In this document: positions 27,502 to 37,058 of the stretch, one piece after another | Position numbering within the stretch: the first letter of the stretch is position 1 | How the letters are laid out: every line of letters begins with the position of its first letter | Source of the DNA: an uncultured Candidatus Saccharibacteria bacterium | Lineage (GTDB): Bacteria > Patescibacteriota > Minisyncoccia > Phycocordibacterales > Phycocordibacteraceae | DNA length: 64,000 nt | Assembly: GCA_964634305.1 (NCBI GenBank) | Contig: CAZWLE010000001.1 | Span: 1,128 to 65,127 of the forward strand | Reading direction: 5' to 3' | Notes under the pieces: model-generated | What the model saw: the letters and a program-made list of their open reading frames with translations, nothing else | What the model was told of the DNA's origin: nothing | Databases searched by the model: none | Position numbers and translations under genes: made by a program

Positions 27502-28497
27502 ATGGAAACATCCTACGAGTCTGAGCTCGTTAAGGTCAGAAATGGCCGGGATGTCTCGTTTTTCGACCTTTACTCCATAGACCAGTTGTCGCGCGAGGAT
27601 ATCGCGCTTCTTTTTGACCTAGCAAAGACCTTTAAGAAGGCAAAGACCGCAAAGCTCACTCTCCTTAAAGGGAAGTCTCAAGTGAACGCCTTCTTTGAAG
27701 CGTCGACCCGTACGATGTCGTCGTTTGACCTTGCGGCAAAGCACCTCGGTATGGATACGACCAGTGTGAGTGGGAGTAACTCTTCATCTAAGAAGGGAGA
27801 GAGTTTTATAGATACGGTGGAGACGCTCGACGCATACAATCTTTCAACGATTGTTATCCGCTGCACGCAGGCGGGCGGTCCAGAGCTTGCGTCACGCCAT
27901 ATTGGCGCTGCAGTTATTAACGCCGGTGACGGTTGGCACGAGCACCCTACGCAGGGTCTTCTTGATGCGTTCACTATCTGCGAGGAGTTCGGCACCCTCG
28001 ACCTCTCGGGTCGCACCGTGACGATAGTAGGTGACATTACGCACTCGCGCGTGTTTGGCTCTCTCGTACGTATTCTTAAGAAGCTTGGCGCAACGGTGCG
28101 TGTTGCGGCGCCTGAAACCTTCTTTCCGCAAGGCGTCGAAGCATTTGGCATTGAGACCTTTACCGATGTTGATGCAGCGGTGACGGGGGTGGATGTCATT
28201 TACGCACTACGCGTTCAGGAAGAGCGTGGTGCAAAGGGCGATATTCCAACGATGCGTGAATACTCTAAAACCTTTGGCGTTAATCCTCGTCGTCTCGCAC
28301 TCGCTAAGCCAACCGCGATAGTTATGCATCCAGGACCTGTCATGCGCGATATCGATGTGCATTCCTCTCTCGTGTCTCGTCACCCACAGTCACGCATTCT
28401 TGCGCAGGTAGAGAACGGCATGGCGATTCGCAAAGCCATTTTGTACGTCCTCGCGGAGCGCTGTGACGGTAAAACTAAGGACTACACCCTCGTATGA
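27502..28497 (+). CDS. pyrB: Aspartate carbamoyltransferase catalytic subunit
   Basis: STRT motif (FEASTRTMSSF), HPTQ motif and HPGP motif. Confidence 0.9.
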   Translation: METSYESELVKVRNGRDVSFFDLYSIDQLSREDIALLFDLAKTFKKAKTAKLTLLKGKSQVNAFFEASTRTMSSFDLAAKHLGMDTTSVSGSNSSSKKGESFIDTVETLDAYNLSTIVIRCTQAGGPELASRHIGAAVINAGDGWHEHPTQGLLDAFTICEEFGTLDLSGRTVTIVGDITHSRVFGSLVRILKKLGATVRVAAPETFFPQGVEAFGIETFTDVDAAVTGVDVIYALRVQEERGAKGDIPTMREYSKTFGVNPRRLALAKPTAIVMHPGPVMRDIDVHSSLVSRHPQSRILAQVENGMAIRKAILYVLAERCDGKTKDYTLV

Positions 28498-29786
28498 GCA
28501 CGCTGCTTATAAAAAACGGACATGTTATCGACCCAGCAAATGGGATTGATGACGTTATGGATATCTACGTCGAAGACGGAACGATAGCAGCGGTTGGCAC
28601 GAGTCTGAAGCAAAACGCAGAAGAGACGATTGATGCTACTGGTCTTGTCGTCACTCCAGGGTTGGTCGACATGCATGTGCACCTGCGAGAGCCAGGTCGT
28701 GAAGACCAGGAAACGATAGAGACCGGCGCAAAAGCAGCGATAGCGGGTGGGGTTACGTCGATTGCGGCGATGCCAAATACTGCGCAAGTTGCAGACAATC
28801 AGACGGTGATTGAGTTTGTGCGCAATCGCGCGGCGGCACTTGGCCTGGCAAACGTATATCCGGTTGGTGCAACGACTAAGCGCATAGAAGGCGAGATGCT
28901 TGCTGAGATGTGGGAAATGAAGCGCTCTGGAGCGGTTGCAGTTACTGATGACGGCGCGGATGTCGACAACGACAATCTCCTTCTCAAGGCCATGGAGTAC
29001 GCGAAGACGCACGACATGCTTGTTATTAGTCACTGCGAGACAGAAGACTTGTCTGACGGTGGCGTCATGCATGAAGGCTGGGTATCAACGCAGCTTGGTC
29101 TTCCGGGTATCCCGGAAGTGGCGGAAGATCTTGCGGCACATAAGAGTATTCTTCTTGCACGTCGTTCCGGTGCTCGCTCGCACCTCACGCATCTTTCAAC
29201 AAAAGGTGCGGTGCAGTCGTTACGCGACGCAAAAGCTACGGGCATGACGAATGTCACCGGTGATGCCTCTATTCAGCACCTCTGCCTTACGGACGAAGAA
29301 TGTTTTGGATACAACACGGCCGCTAAGATGTATCCGCCGCTTCGTCCTGACGACCATCGTCTTGAAGTCGTGAAGGCACTCAAGGACGGAACGATAGATG
29401 CGATAACGACTGACCATGCGCCACATATTGAACCGGACAAGCTAAAGCCATTCCAGGATGCAGCGCGCGGCACGATAGGCCTTGAGACGTCATTTGCTGC
29501 AGCAAACACCTACCTTGTTGGTGAAGGACATCTCACGCTTGCTGAGGTTGTTGCGCTGATGACCCACAAGCCTGCAGCAATACTTCGTATCCCGAAGGGT
29601 ACCCTCGCTGTCGGTGCTGATGCAGACATTGCGTTGTTTGATACTAAGAAGAAATGGACGGTAGACCCGTCGGTATTCCAGTCGAAGAGTAAGAACTCTG
29701 TGTTCGCTGGTAAGGAGCTTGTCGGTAAGGCGGTGCACACGGTCGTTGCTGGCGTGGTGAAGTATCGAGATGGGGCGATAGTGTAG
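28494..29786 (+). CDS. pyrC: Dihydroorotase
   Basis: Metal-dependent amidohydrolase motifs (DMHVHLREPG; DHAPH). Length 430 aa. It overlaps the pyrB stop. Confidence 0.9.
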   Translation: MSTLLIKNGHVIDPANGIDDVMDIYVEDGTIAAVGTSLKQNAEETIDATGLVVTPGLVDMHVHLREPGREDQETIETGAKAAIAGGVTSIAAMPNTAQVADNQTVIEFVRNRAAALGLANVYPVGATTKRIEGEMLAEMWEMKRSGAVAVTDDGADVDNDNLLLKAMEYAKTHDMLVISHCETEDLSDGGVMHEGWVSTQLGLPGIPEVAEDLAAHKSILLARRSGARSHLTHLSTKGAVQSLRDAKATGMTNVTGDASIQHLCLTDEECFGYNTAAKMYPPLRPDDHRLEVVKALKDGTIDAITTDHAPHIEPDKLKPFQDAARGTIGLETSFAAANTYLVGEGHLTLAEVVALMTHKPAAILRIPKGTLAVGADADIALFDTKKKWTVDPSVFQSKSKNSVFAGKELVGKAVHTVVAGVVKYRDGAIV

Positions 29787-29790
29787 TCGT

Positions 29791-30567
29791 ATGGATGTCG
29801 TCGCATTCCTTGAGGCCACTCCTAGGCTTCTTGAAGCGAACGCATCAATCGTACTCGTCATCGCGGGTGTATGTACCGGTATCATTGCAACTGTAATAGG
29901 AGGCGGGATGTTCTTTGCTCTCCCCGTCTTTCAGTTTTTATATCCTGGCGTACCAGCGGGTGTACTGGTGGGAAATATTAAAGTTGGGTCACTCATTCGT
30001 GGTATTGGCTCAGCGCTTTCTACGTTCCGACTCATCGATTTTCGGCACACGATTCGTATCTCGCTCGTTGCCTTTATTGGAACGATTATTGGCGCAAGTA
30101 TTGTTGCAGACCTAGACCAGCGGTGGCTGTTTTTCATAACGGTTGTCTCGGTACTGGTTGCGGAGTTTTCTCCACGTCTTGCGCGCTACGTCACCGAGCG
30201 AACATTTGCGATAGCGTCCTTTCTTATTGGTGTGTACACGGGTTTTCTTGGTGCGGGGACGGGTATCTTGTTGGTTGCACTGCTTCGTCTTAAGCATGCT
30301 GCTGATACGGATATAGGAAAGGTGAAAGCGAACGCACGATTCGCAGAAACCTTTCTGGGTATTAGCGCGGTAGCGGTTCATTTCTTTCATGGAAATCTTG
30401 TGCCGGCGCTATGGATTCCTTGGTCGATTGGTGCACTCATTGGCGGCGTGATTGGTGGTGTGGTGCTGGTACACATTAGTAACCTCTCAGGACCGCTCCA
30501 GAAGCTTATCCTTCGCGTAGGGTTCGGGTTTGCGATACTAGTGTCGGCGCTCGCGTTCGTGCGCTAG
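29791..30567 (+). CDS. TSUP-family (TauE/SafE, DUF81) membrane permease
   Basis: Repeated 4-TM halves with Gly-rich helices (GGGMFFALPVF; GAGTGILLVALL). Confidence 0.55.
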   Translation: MDVVAFLEATPRLLEANASIVLVIAGVCTGIIATVIGGGMFFALPVFQFLYPGVPAGVLVGNIKVGSLIRGIGSALSTFRLIDFRHTIRISLVAFIGTIIGASIVADLDQRWLFFITVVSVLVAEFSPRLARYVTERTFAIASFLIGVYTGFLGAGTGILLVALLRLKHAADTDIGKVKANARFAETFLGISAVAVHFFHGNLVPALWIPWSIGALIGGVIGGVVLVHISNLSGPLQKLILRVGFGFAILVSALAFVR

Positions 30568-30576
30568 AATCGAGGC

Positions 30577-31650
30577 ATGTTACAGACCCCCTTCTTCGAC
30601 CCGAAGAAAACGTATTACGAGAACTGGGAGGAAGGCCCCTTTGCTGGATTTGCGGATGGGGTCGTTCTTGAGGAACCTGCGCCGCGCTTTACGTTCCTTG
30701 GTGAGAAGATTGCGTACCCGCTTGGTATCCCTGCAGGGCCGCTGCTTAACGGAAAGTATGTTGATGCAGCACTAGATAAGGGATGGAGTGTGCCGGTGCA
30801 TAAGACGGTGCGCAGCGCTATACATCCCTGCAACGAGTGGCCAAACGTTCTTGCACTCAAAGATTTTCCTGGTGCGCTTTCCATAGAGCGAGCGCAGGAA
30901 CCAGTTGTGGTTAACGATGTCTACGAGGAACCGCTTTCTATTACGAACTCATTCGGTAATCCTTCGTACGACCCTACGGTCTGGCAGAACGATTTGCGTG
31001 CATCGCTTGCGCATGCGAAAGAAGGGCAGCTCGTTATGTGTTCATTTGAAGGTACGAAACGGGAAGGCATGTCGAGCGATGATTATGTCGCTGAGTGGGC
31101 AAACGGCATGAAAAGTGTTGCTGATACAGGCGTGAAGGTGGTTGAAGCGAATTTTAGTTGTCCGAACGAAGGCGCCGCCACGTTGCTCTGTTTTGATGTA
31201 CCAAAGGTAAAGACCGTCGTGACCGCGATAAAGGAGAAGATAGGTGACACAAAGCTCATTATTAAGATTGCGTTCTTTCAGCCTGACGCGCTTCGTAAAC
31301 TTGTCACGGAGGTTGGCAGTATCGTAGACGGATTTTCTGCCATTAACACTATTGCAGCGCCGGTCGTAAACGAAGACGGGTCACAGGCGCTCCCTGGTGC
31401 GCATCGCGTGAAGAGTGGTATCTGTGGCCATGCCATAAAGTGGGCAGGCCTTGATATGACGCGTCGTCTCGCGTCGCTCCGTGAGGAGCTTGGCATGAGC
31501 TACGGCATCATCGGATGTGGTGGGGTGACGGTACCGAGTGATTTCAAGGAGTTCCGTGACGCCGGTGCTGACATTGTTATGAGCGCTACGGGCGCTATGT
31601 GGAATCCGTACCTCGCCAAGGAGATAAAGGAGGCGTATCCTGACGCGTGA
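30577..31650 (+). CDS. pyrD: Dihydroorotate dehydrogenase-family protein (PyrD-like TIM-barrel flavoenzyme)
   Basis: PLGIPAGPL substrate-loop-like motif, C-terminal GIIGCGGV...AGADIVM FMN-binding motif and its position inside the pyr cluster. Confidence 0.5.
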   Translation: MLQTPFFDPKKTYYENWEEGPFAGFADGVVLEEPAPRFTFLGEKIAYPLGIPAGPLLNGKYVDAALDKGWSVPVHKTVRSAIHPCNEWPNVLALKDFPGALSIERAQEPVVVNDVYEEPLSITNSFGNPSYDPTVWQNDLRASLAHAKEGQLVMCSFEGTKREGMSSDDYVAEWANGMKSVADTGVKVVEANFSCPNEGAATLLCFDVPKVKTVVTAIKEKIGDTKLIIKIAFFQPDALRKLVTEVGSIVDGFSAINTIAAPVVNEDGSQALPGAHRVKSGICGHAIKWAGLDMTRRLASLREELGMSYGIIGCGGVTVPSDFKEFRDAGADIVMSATGAMWNPYLAKEIKEAYPDA

Positions 31651-31651
31651 T

Positions 31652-32281
31652 ATGGAACAAGAACTCATCCGCATTTTGAAAGAAACGGGTGCTCTTATCC
31701 CTGATAGTCACTTTGTCGGTGTCTCCGGGCGTCACATGGATACGTATGTGAACAAAGATGCGCTTCTCACGCATCCAGAGGCTGCGTGTCGTGTAGGTGA
31801 GATGTTTGCGGAACTTAATAAGGAGCTAGACATTGAAGCTGTCATTGCACCTGCTATGGGCGCCATCATTCTTGGTCAGTGGACCGCGTATCACCTTGGA
31901 AAGTTAAAAGGGAAAGAAATCCTCTCGGTATATACCGACAAGGCTGACGGGGACGAGCAAGTGCTGAAGCGTGGCTACGATAAAGCGATTGCCGGTAAAA
32001 AGGTGCTCGCTATTGAAGACGTTATTACGACCGGAGGGTCGGTTAAGAAAAGTGCGGTAAAGGCTGCAGAAGCAGGGGCGATTGTGCTTCAGGCGTCGGT
32101 CATGATGAACAAGAATCCTGACGAAGTGACGAGTGAGTCACTTGGTATCCCGCTCTCATCTATAGCAACAATGGTCGTACCGACTTACACCGAAGAAGAA
32201 TGTCCACTTTGTGCGAGTGGTGTACCGGTTAATACAACGGTAGGACACGGAAAGCAGTTTATGCAGAAGAAGAATGCATGA
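31652..32281 (+). CDS. pyrE: Orotate phosphoribosyltransferase
   Basis: PRPP-binding motif VLAIEDVITTGGS. Length 209 aa. Confidence 0.75.
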   Translation: MEQELIRILKETGALIPDSHFVGVSGRHMDTYVNKDALLTHPEAACRVGEMFAELNKELDIEAVIAPAMGAIILGQWTAYHLGKLKGKEILSVYTDKADGDEQVLKRGYDKAIAGKKVLAIEDVITTGGSVKKSAVKAAEAGAIVLQASVMMNKNPDEVTSESLGIPLSSIATMVVPTYTEEECPLCASGVPVNTTVGHGKQFMQKKNA

Positions 32282-32856
32282 CGACCTACCTGCTTCACGG
32301 CGGCATGGTGCGATATGACAACGAACACAACGATGCCTTTTTCAAGGCCATAGCCGACGCTATTCCGGAAAACGGTAAGGCGCTTGTGGTGTTATTTGCT
32401 TCAAAAGAAAATAATTGGCCTGAACAACTCGAAAACATGCAGGAACTGGTGCTTGCGCAGGCAGGAGGTAAATCAATTACGTTCTCCATCGCATCACGCG
32501 AGCATCTTATGGAGGAAATTGCCGCTTCTGATGCAGTGCTCATTCGTGGTGGTAGCACCAATATGTTGCTTGAAGCGCTGAGGAAATATCCTCTTTCAAG
32601 AGAATCGCTTGATGGGAAAGTGGTGGCAGGCTCGTCAGCTGGTGCATACGTACTTGCGGCATATGGATATGACAAATCAGAGAAAGCAGTGCGAGTGGGA
32701 CTTGGGTTGGTGCCAGTGAGAGTGCTATGCCACTATTTGAGTGATACGCCTGAAGAACGAACAGATGATACGGGAATAGCGGTTATGAATAGTGTGCATC
32801 AAGAACTTGAGCTAGTGGTATTAAAAGAGTGCGAATGGAAGCAATTTTCACTATGA
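32278..32856 (+). CDS. Peptidase S51 (dipeptidase E / cyanophycinase-like) family protein
   Basis: Class I glutamine amidotransferase-like fold with GSSAGAY nucleophile motif and RGGSTN. Confidence 0.5.
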   Translation: MTTYLLHGGMVRYDNEHNDAFFKAIADAIPENGKALVVLFASKENNWPEQLENMQELVLAQAGGKSITFSIASREHLMEEIAASDAVLIRGGSTNMLLEALRKYPLSRESLDGKVVAGSSAGAYVLAAYGYDKSEKAVRVGLGLVPVRVLCHYLSDTPEERTDDTGIAVMNSVHQELELVVLKECEWKQFSL

Positions 32857-33533
32857 CCGACCGCATTGTTATTTCGGCCGATGAGCTAGGGGAGCAGGAG
32901 CTTCTCGCGCTCACGAGTGCCGTAGGGTCTGAGGTGTATGCAATAAAAATTCATGACCGGTACGACGCACTCGGTCCCTCTATCGTCGGTGCCCTTAAAG
33001 ATGCAGGGGCGCAGCGCGTATGGATGGACGCTAAGCTCCATGACATTCCAAATACGGCACGCGCACGCGCAAAGGCATTTGCCGAGAATGGGGTTGATAT
33101 TCTCACAGTGCATGCCTCTGGTGGCGTCGACATGATGCGTGCTGCAAAAGAAGGAGCACCGAACGCGGAAATCTTTGCTGTAACGGTACTCACATCACTC
33201 TCTGAGGAAACGACGGGGTTAGTGTATGGACGGTCATCTATGGAAACGGTACGTACCCTCGCGCATCTTGCTCAGGAAGCCGGTATTGACGGTGTGGTGT
33301 GTTCGGCAAAAGAAGTCGGCGTACTCTCCAAAGAACCAGCCCTCGACGGTCTTAAGTTCGTCGTGCCAGGGGTTCGCTCACCGGGCGCCGATGCGCACGA
33401 CCAGAAACGCGTGGCTACCCCTGCTGAAGCCATCAAGGACGGTGCATCTCTGCTCGTTATTGGTCGTCAGGTCACTACGGCTCAGGACCCAGTAGAAGCG
33501 CTCGCTGCTATTCGTGCGGAGCTTTCTTCATAA
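32829..33533 (+). CDS. pyrF: Orotidine-5'-phosphate decarboxylase
   Basis: Catalytic DAKLHDIPNT motif. TIM-barrel length 234 aa. Confidence 0.8.
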   Translation: MRMEAIFTMTDRIVISADELGEQELLALTSAVGSEVYAIKIHDRYDALGPSIVGALKDAGAQRVWMDAKLHDIPNTARARAKAFAENGVDILTVHASGGVDMMRAAKEGAPNAEIFAVTVLTSLSEETTGLVYGRSSMETVRTLAHLAQEAGIDGVVCSAKEVGVLSKEPALDGLKFVVPGVRSPGADAHDQKRVATPAEAIKDGASLLVIGRQVTTAQDPVEALAAIRAELSS

Positions 33534-33580
33534 TTCATTCATTCAGTCTCAGTATTCTTACAGGCCTAACAGCAACCATT

Positions 33581-33916
33581 ATGACCATCATTCATTGGAT
33601 AGTGTCCGCGGCTGCGATTCTTATCGCTGCTTACCTTATTCCGGGTGTGACTGTAACGCTTGTGGGCGCATTGGTGCTCGCTATCGTACTCGCGCTCATC
33701 AACATCTTCCTTAAGCCAGTCATTTCACTTCTGACGCTGCCGATTAACATCGTGACGCTCGGACTCTTCTCACTGGTTGTTAACGCGCTTCTTATCCTGC
33801 TTGCTGGCATGATTGTCCCTGGTTTTTCTGTGGACGGCTTCTGGCCCGCATTCTTCTTCGCTATTGTCGTCTCACTCATCACGGCACTATTTGGTGGACT
33901 TGGTAAACGCGACTAA
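33581..33916 (+). CDS. Phage-holin-family-IV-like 4-TM membrane protein
   Basis: 111 aa with four hydrophobic helices and a conserved-looking GxxxG-rich pattern (LIAAYLIPGV ... LLAGMIVPGF). Confidence 0.45.
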   Translation: MTIIHWIVSAAAILIAAYLIPGVTVTLVGALVLAIVLALINIFLKPVISLLTLPINIVTLGLFSLVVNALLILLAGMIVPGFSVDGFWPAFFFAIVVSLITALFGGLGKRD

Positions 33917-33939
33917 GTCTCTCTACATTCAAAATGACG

Positions 33940-33970
33940 AAAGGCGGAGCTGTGGCTCCGCCTTTCTCGC
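33940..33970 (+). terminator. Intrinsic terminator
   Basis: AAAGGCGGAGC-tgtg-GCTCCGCCTTT followed by a CTCGCGTTT tail. Confidence 0.5.
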
Positions 33971-34272
33971 GTTTGTCACGCGTGCGCTGTGCTGTGTGCG
34001 TGCGTTTTGGTGCGCCGCCATTCCAGGTTCCGCCGGTAGGTCTCTCGCTCAGTTTCTGACATGCAGCACATGATGCCTATGTCCATATTGAGCGAGTGAT
34101 GTGAACACGAACGGGGAATGAGGAAGCGGCCAATGAGCCGCCAATGCCACAAGCGCAGGTACTCGTCGAGGTCTTCAATAATATCGACCATAGCGACACC
34201 TCCAGAACCGACTATAAAGGATATCCTCTTCATGTGCGAGACGACGCCACTTAGCGCGTATACTGTGTCGTA

Positions 34273-37017
34273 ATGGCAATGACCTACGAGGGTCCAAAAG
34301 CTCCGCTATCTTCTCATGAGGAGGAGCTGGCACACTTGCGTGCGCAGGTAGAAGCAAAGGAACGTGAGCTGGAGGGAATGAAGCAAGGGAAGCCGCGCGA
34401 AACGGTCGTGCGAGAGCGTCTTCGTCATCACCTTGAGACACCCGTTGAATCGGTTACGCACCCCGAATTTCGTGTGAGTAGCGACGAAGCGCGCGAGATT
34501 GCGCTGAACCTCGACCCGGAAAGTGATGACGAAACCATGGAGGAACTCCGTCGCATTATGGAAGAACGGGGTATTCATGGGGCGTTTTCGGTCCTCGTAC
34601 AGATGAAGAGTCCGCATCTTGAAGATGACTTCCATCGCTTCCTCGTTGCGTACATTGGTGCGGGTATGAAAGTGAAAGGGCTTGGTGAGAACCAGCCAGA
34701 GTGGCGTGCTCTTCACATGACGCTCTATGAGGTCGCACTTCCCGAGCCTGATAGCGACCCGGACCAGGATGAGCGCTACAAGCACTTCAAGGAGCTAGTG
34801 TCCGCCATGGAGCAGTTTTATAGCGCCATGATGGCAGTAGAAGAAGCGTACGCGGGTGAGCCGCCGTACTTCTCTATGGAGCTTGCGGTACCTACCGATG
34901 CTCCGTACTTGCGGTTCTATGCGTCCGTGCCGCGCAGTCGCAAGGACCTCTTTGAAAAGCAGGTGCTCGCCATTTACCCAAAGGCCGTCATTCAAGAACA
35001 GCCAAACGATTACAACATCTTCCCGCAGGACGGATATTTTGCCGGTTCCTATGGAAAGCTTGCGTTGCCGCACCCACTCTCCCTTCGTGATTACACTGAG
35101 TTTGATTACGACCCGATAAACCTATTGCTTAACTCCTTCGACAAAATTCAAGGTGAAGGTGAGGGTGCAGCAGTGCAAATCATCATGAAGCCACGTGGTG
35201 ACCGCTACACTCGTGATTATCGCAAGATTCTTCGCCACCTTCGTAAAGGAGAGCAGCGCGACTATGCATTTGAGGTATCCGATGATCTCTTGTCTGAGCT
35301 TGGTCGTGAGTTTCGATGGATGTTCCGTTCAAAAGATAACGAACAAGCACGACACCCAGACGAACAGTCAGTAAAGTCGGTGGAACGGAAGATGAGCTCA
35401 CCGGTTATTGATACGAATATTCGTATCCTCTCTTCATCCCGTGACCATGGACGTGCTGAACAGGTACTGGGGGAACTTGAGGCAACATTTAATCAGTATG
35501 AGAGCACGGAAGGGAATCGTATTGTCTGGAAGCGGGTGACTAAGGGCGCGGCAAAGCGATTCTCTCGAGCGTTCTCATTCCGGTTGTTCTCGCACGAGTC
35601 GAAGATGCCGTTGTCGTTGAAAGAGGTAACGACGATGTATCACTTCCCACCAAAGGGTATTAAGTCGTCGCCACACCTCAAGCAATCCCGCTTTACGGCA
35701 AGCTCAGCACCTATTGAGCTATCAAAGGATGGCGTATTGCTTGGGACCAATACCTTCCGTGGTCAGACAACCGAGGTACGTCTCTCGCCTGCTGATCGTC
35801 TACGTCATCTGTATGTCATCGGACAGACCGGTACCGGTAAGACGTCGTTTATGAAAACGCTCATTGAGCAGGATATACGCGCAGGAAACGGTGTCTGCTT
35901 TATAGACCCGCACGGTAACGATATTTTGGATGTGCTCGCGTCCGTCCCGCCAGAACGCTATGAGGACGTTATCTACTTTGACCCCGCGTACCTCGACCGT
36001 CCGTACGGCTTGAACCTCCTTGAGTACGACCCACGCTTCCCTGAACAAAAGACCTTCATCGTTAACGAGCTCCTCGCTATCTTCAAACGTCTCTATGGTG
36101 ACGTGCCTGAGTCTATGGGTCCTGCCTTCGAACAGTACTTCCGCAACGCCACCATGCTCGTGATGGAAGACCCGGCGTCTGGTTCAACGATGTTTGATAT
36201 TGCGCGCGTACTTTCAAACAGTGAGTTCCGTAACCAGAAGCTCGCACGAAGCAATAACCCAGTCGTCAATCAGTTCTGGACTGAAATTGCGACGCGTGCA
36301 GAAGGCGAGGCGTCGCTTGCAAACATCGTGCCGTACATCACGAACAAGTTCGACGACTTCACGGCTAACGATTTCATGCGTCCGATTGTGGGTCAGCAGA
36401 ACTCGTCCTTTAACTTCCGTGAACTGATGGACAACAAGAAGATTCTTCTCGTGAATCTTTCTAAAGGTCGTCTTGGTGAGCGTAACGCGAACCTCCTTGG
36501 TCTTATCGTGGTCGGTAAGCTCTTTATGGCGGCACTCTCGCGTGCCGATAGTCCTGGCAAAGACTTCCCACCGTTCTACCTCTACATCGACGAGTTCCAG
36601 AACATCACGACGGATTCCATTCCTGGCATTCTCTCTGAAGCAAGAAAGTACAAGTTGTCTCTTACCATTGCGCACCAGTTCTTGAAGCAGATTGATGAAA
36701 AGATTCGTGACGCGGTCTTCGGTAACGTTGGTTCGATGGCGGTGTTCCGCGTCGGTGAAGAAGATGGTGAATTCTTTGCAAAGCAATTCGCACCGGTCTT
36801 CAAGGCACTTGATTTCGTAAATATCGAGAACTACAACGCCTACATCCGCATGCTCGCAAACGGCGTCCCGCAAAAGCCGTTCAATATTAAGAGTTTGGCG
36901 CCAGTCGCGGGCGATAAGGGCCAGATTGATGACCTTCGTGAGCTCTCATACCTCACGTATGGCCGGGACCGCGATGAGATTGAGACGATGATTCGCTCTC
37001 GCTACCTCAGCTGGTAG
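34273..37017 (+). CDS. Large orphan P-loop ATPase of the FtsK/HerA/TraD-VirD4 (T4CP-like) superfamily with an approximately 480-aa N-terminal domain of unknown function
   Basis: Walker A VIGQTGTGKTS, downstream FIDPHGND (the DPxG motif of HerA/T4CP), Walker B LYIDEFQN and RKYKLSLTIAHQ (arginine finger / Q motif). No motif is recognisable in aa 1–480. Confidence 0.6.
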   Translation: MAMTYEGPKAPLSSHEEELAHLRAQVEAKERELEGMKQGKPRETVVRERLRHHLETPVESVTHPEFRVSSDEAREIALNLDPESDDETMEELRRIMEERGIHGAFSVLVQMKSPHLEDDFHRFLVAYIGAGMKVKGLGENQPEWRALHMTLYEVALPEPDSDPDQDERYKHFKELVSAMEQFYSAMMAVEEAYAGEPPYFSMELAVPTDAPYLRFYASVPRSRKDLFEKQVLAIYPKAVIQEQPNDYNIFPQDGYFAGSYGKLALPHPLSLRDYTEFDYDPINLLLNSFDKIQGEGEGAAVQIIMKPRGDRYTRDYRKILRHLRKGEQRDYAFEVSDDLLSELGREFRWMFRSKDNEQARHPDEQSVKSVERKMSSPVIDTNIRILSSSRDHGRAEQVLGELEATFNQYESTEGNRIVWKRVTKGAAKRFSRAFSFRLFSHESKMPLSLKEVTTMYHFPPKGIKSSPHLKQSRFTASSAPIELSKDGVLLGTNTFRGQTTEVRLSPADRLRHLYVIGQTGTGKTSFMKTLIEQDIRAGNGVCFIDPHGNDILDVLASVPPERYEDVIYFDPAYLDRPYGLNLLEYDPRFPEQKTFIVNELLAIFKRLYGDVPESMGPAFEQYFRNATMLVMEDPASGSTMFDIARVLSNSEFRNQKLARSNNPVVNQFWTEIATRAEGEASLANIVPYITNKFDDFTANDFMRPIVGQQNSSFNFRELMDNKKILLVNLSKGRLGERNANLLGLIVVGKLFMAALSRADSPGKDFPPFYLYIDEFQNITTDSIPGILSEARKYKLSLTIAHQFLKQIDEKIRDAVFGNVGSMAVFRVGEEDGEFFAKQFAPVFKALDFVNIENYNAYIRMLANGVPQKPFNIKSLAPVAGDKGQIDDLRELSYLTYGRDRDEIETMIRSRYLSW

Positions 37018-37058
37018 GAGGGTCTTGTAGTAATTAGGCTGGTGGTATACTGCCGGAT

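Noticed and set aside
28482-29072. 196-aa minus-strand ORF
   Set aside because: Antisense to pyrC.
36214-36873. 219-aa minus-strand ORF inside the large ATPase gene
   Set aside because: It is antisense to the Walker B and Q-motif region of a clearly coding + strand gene.
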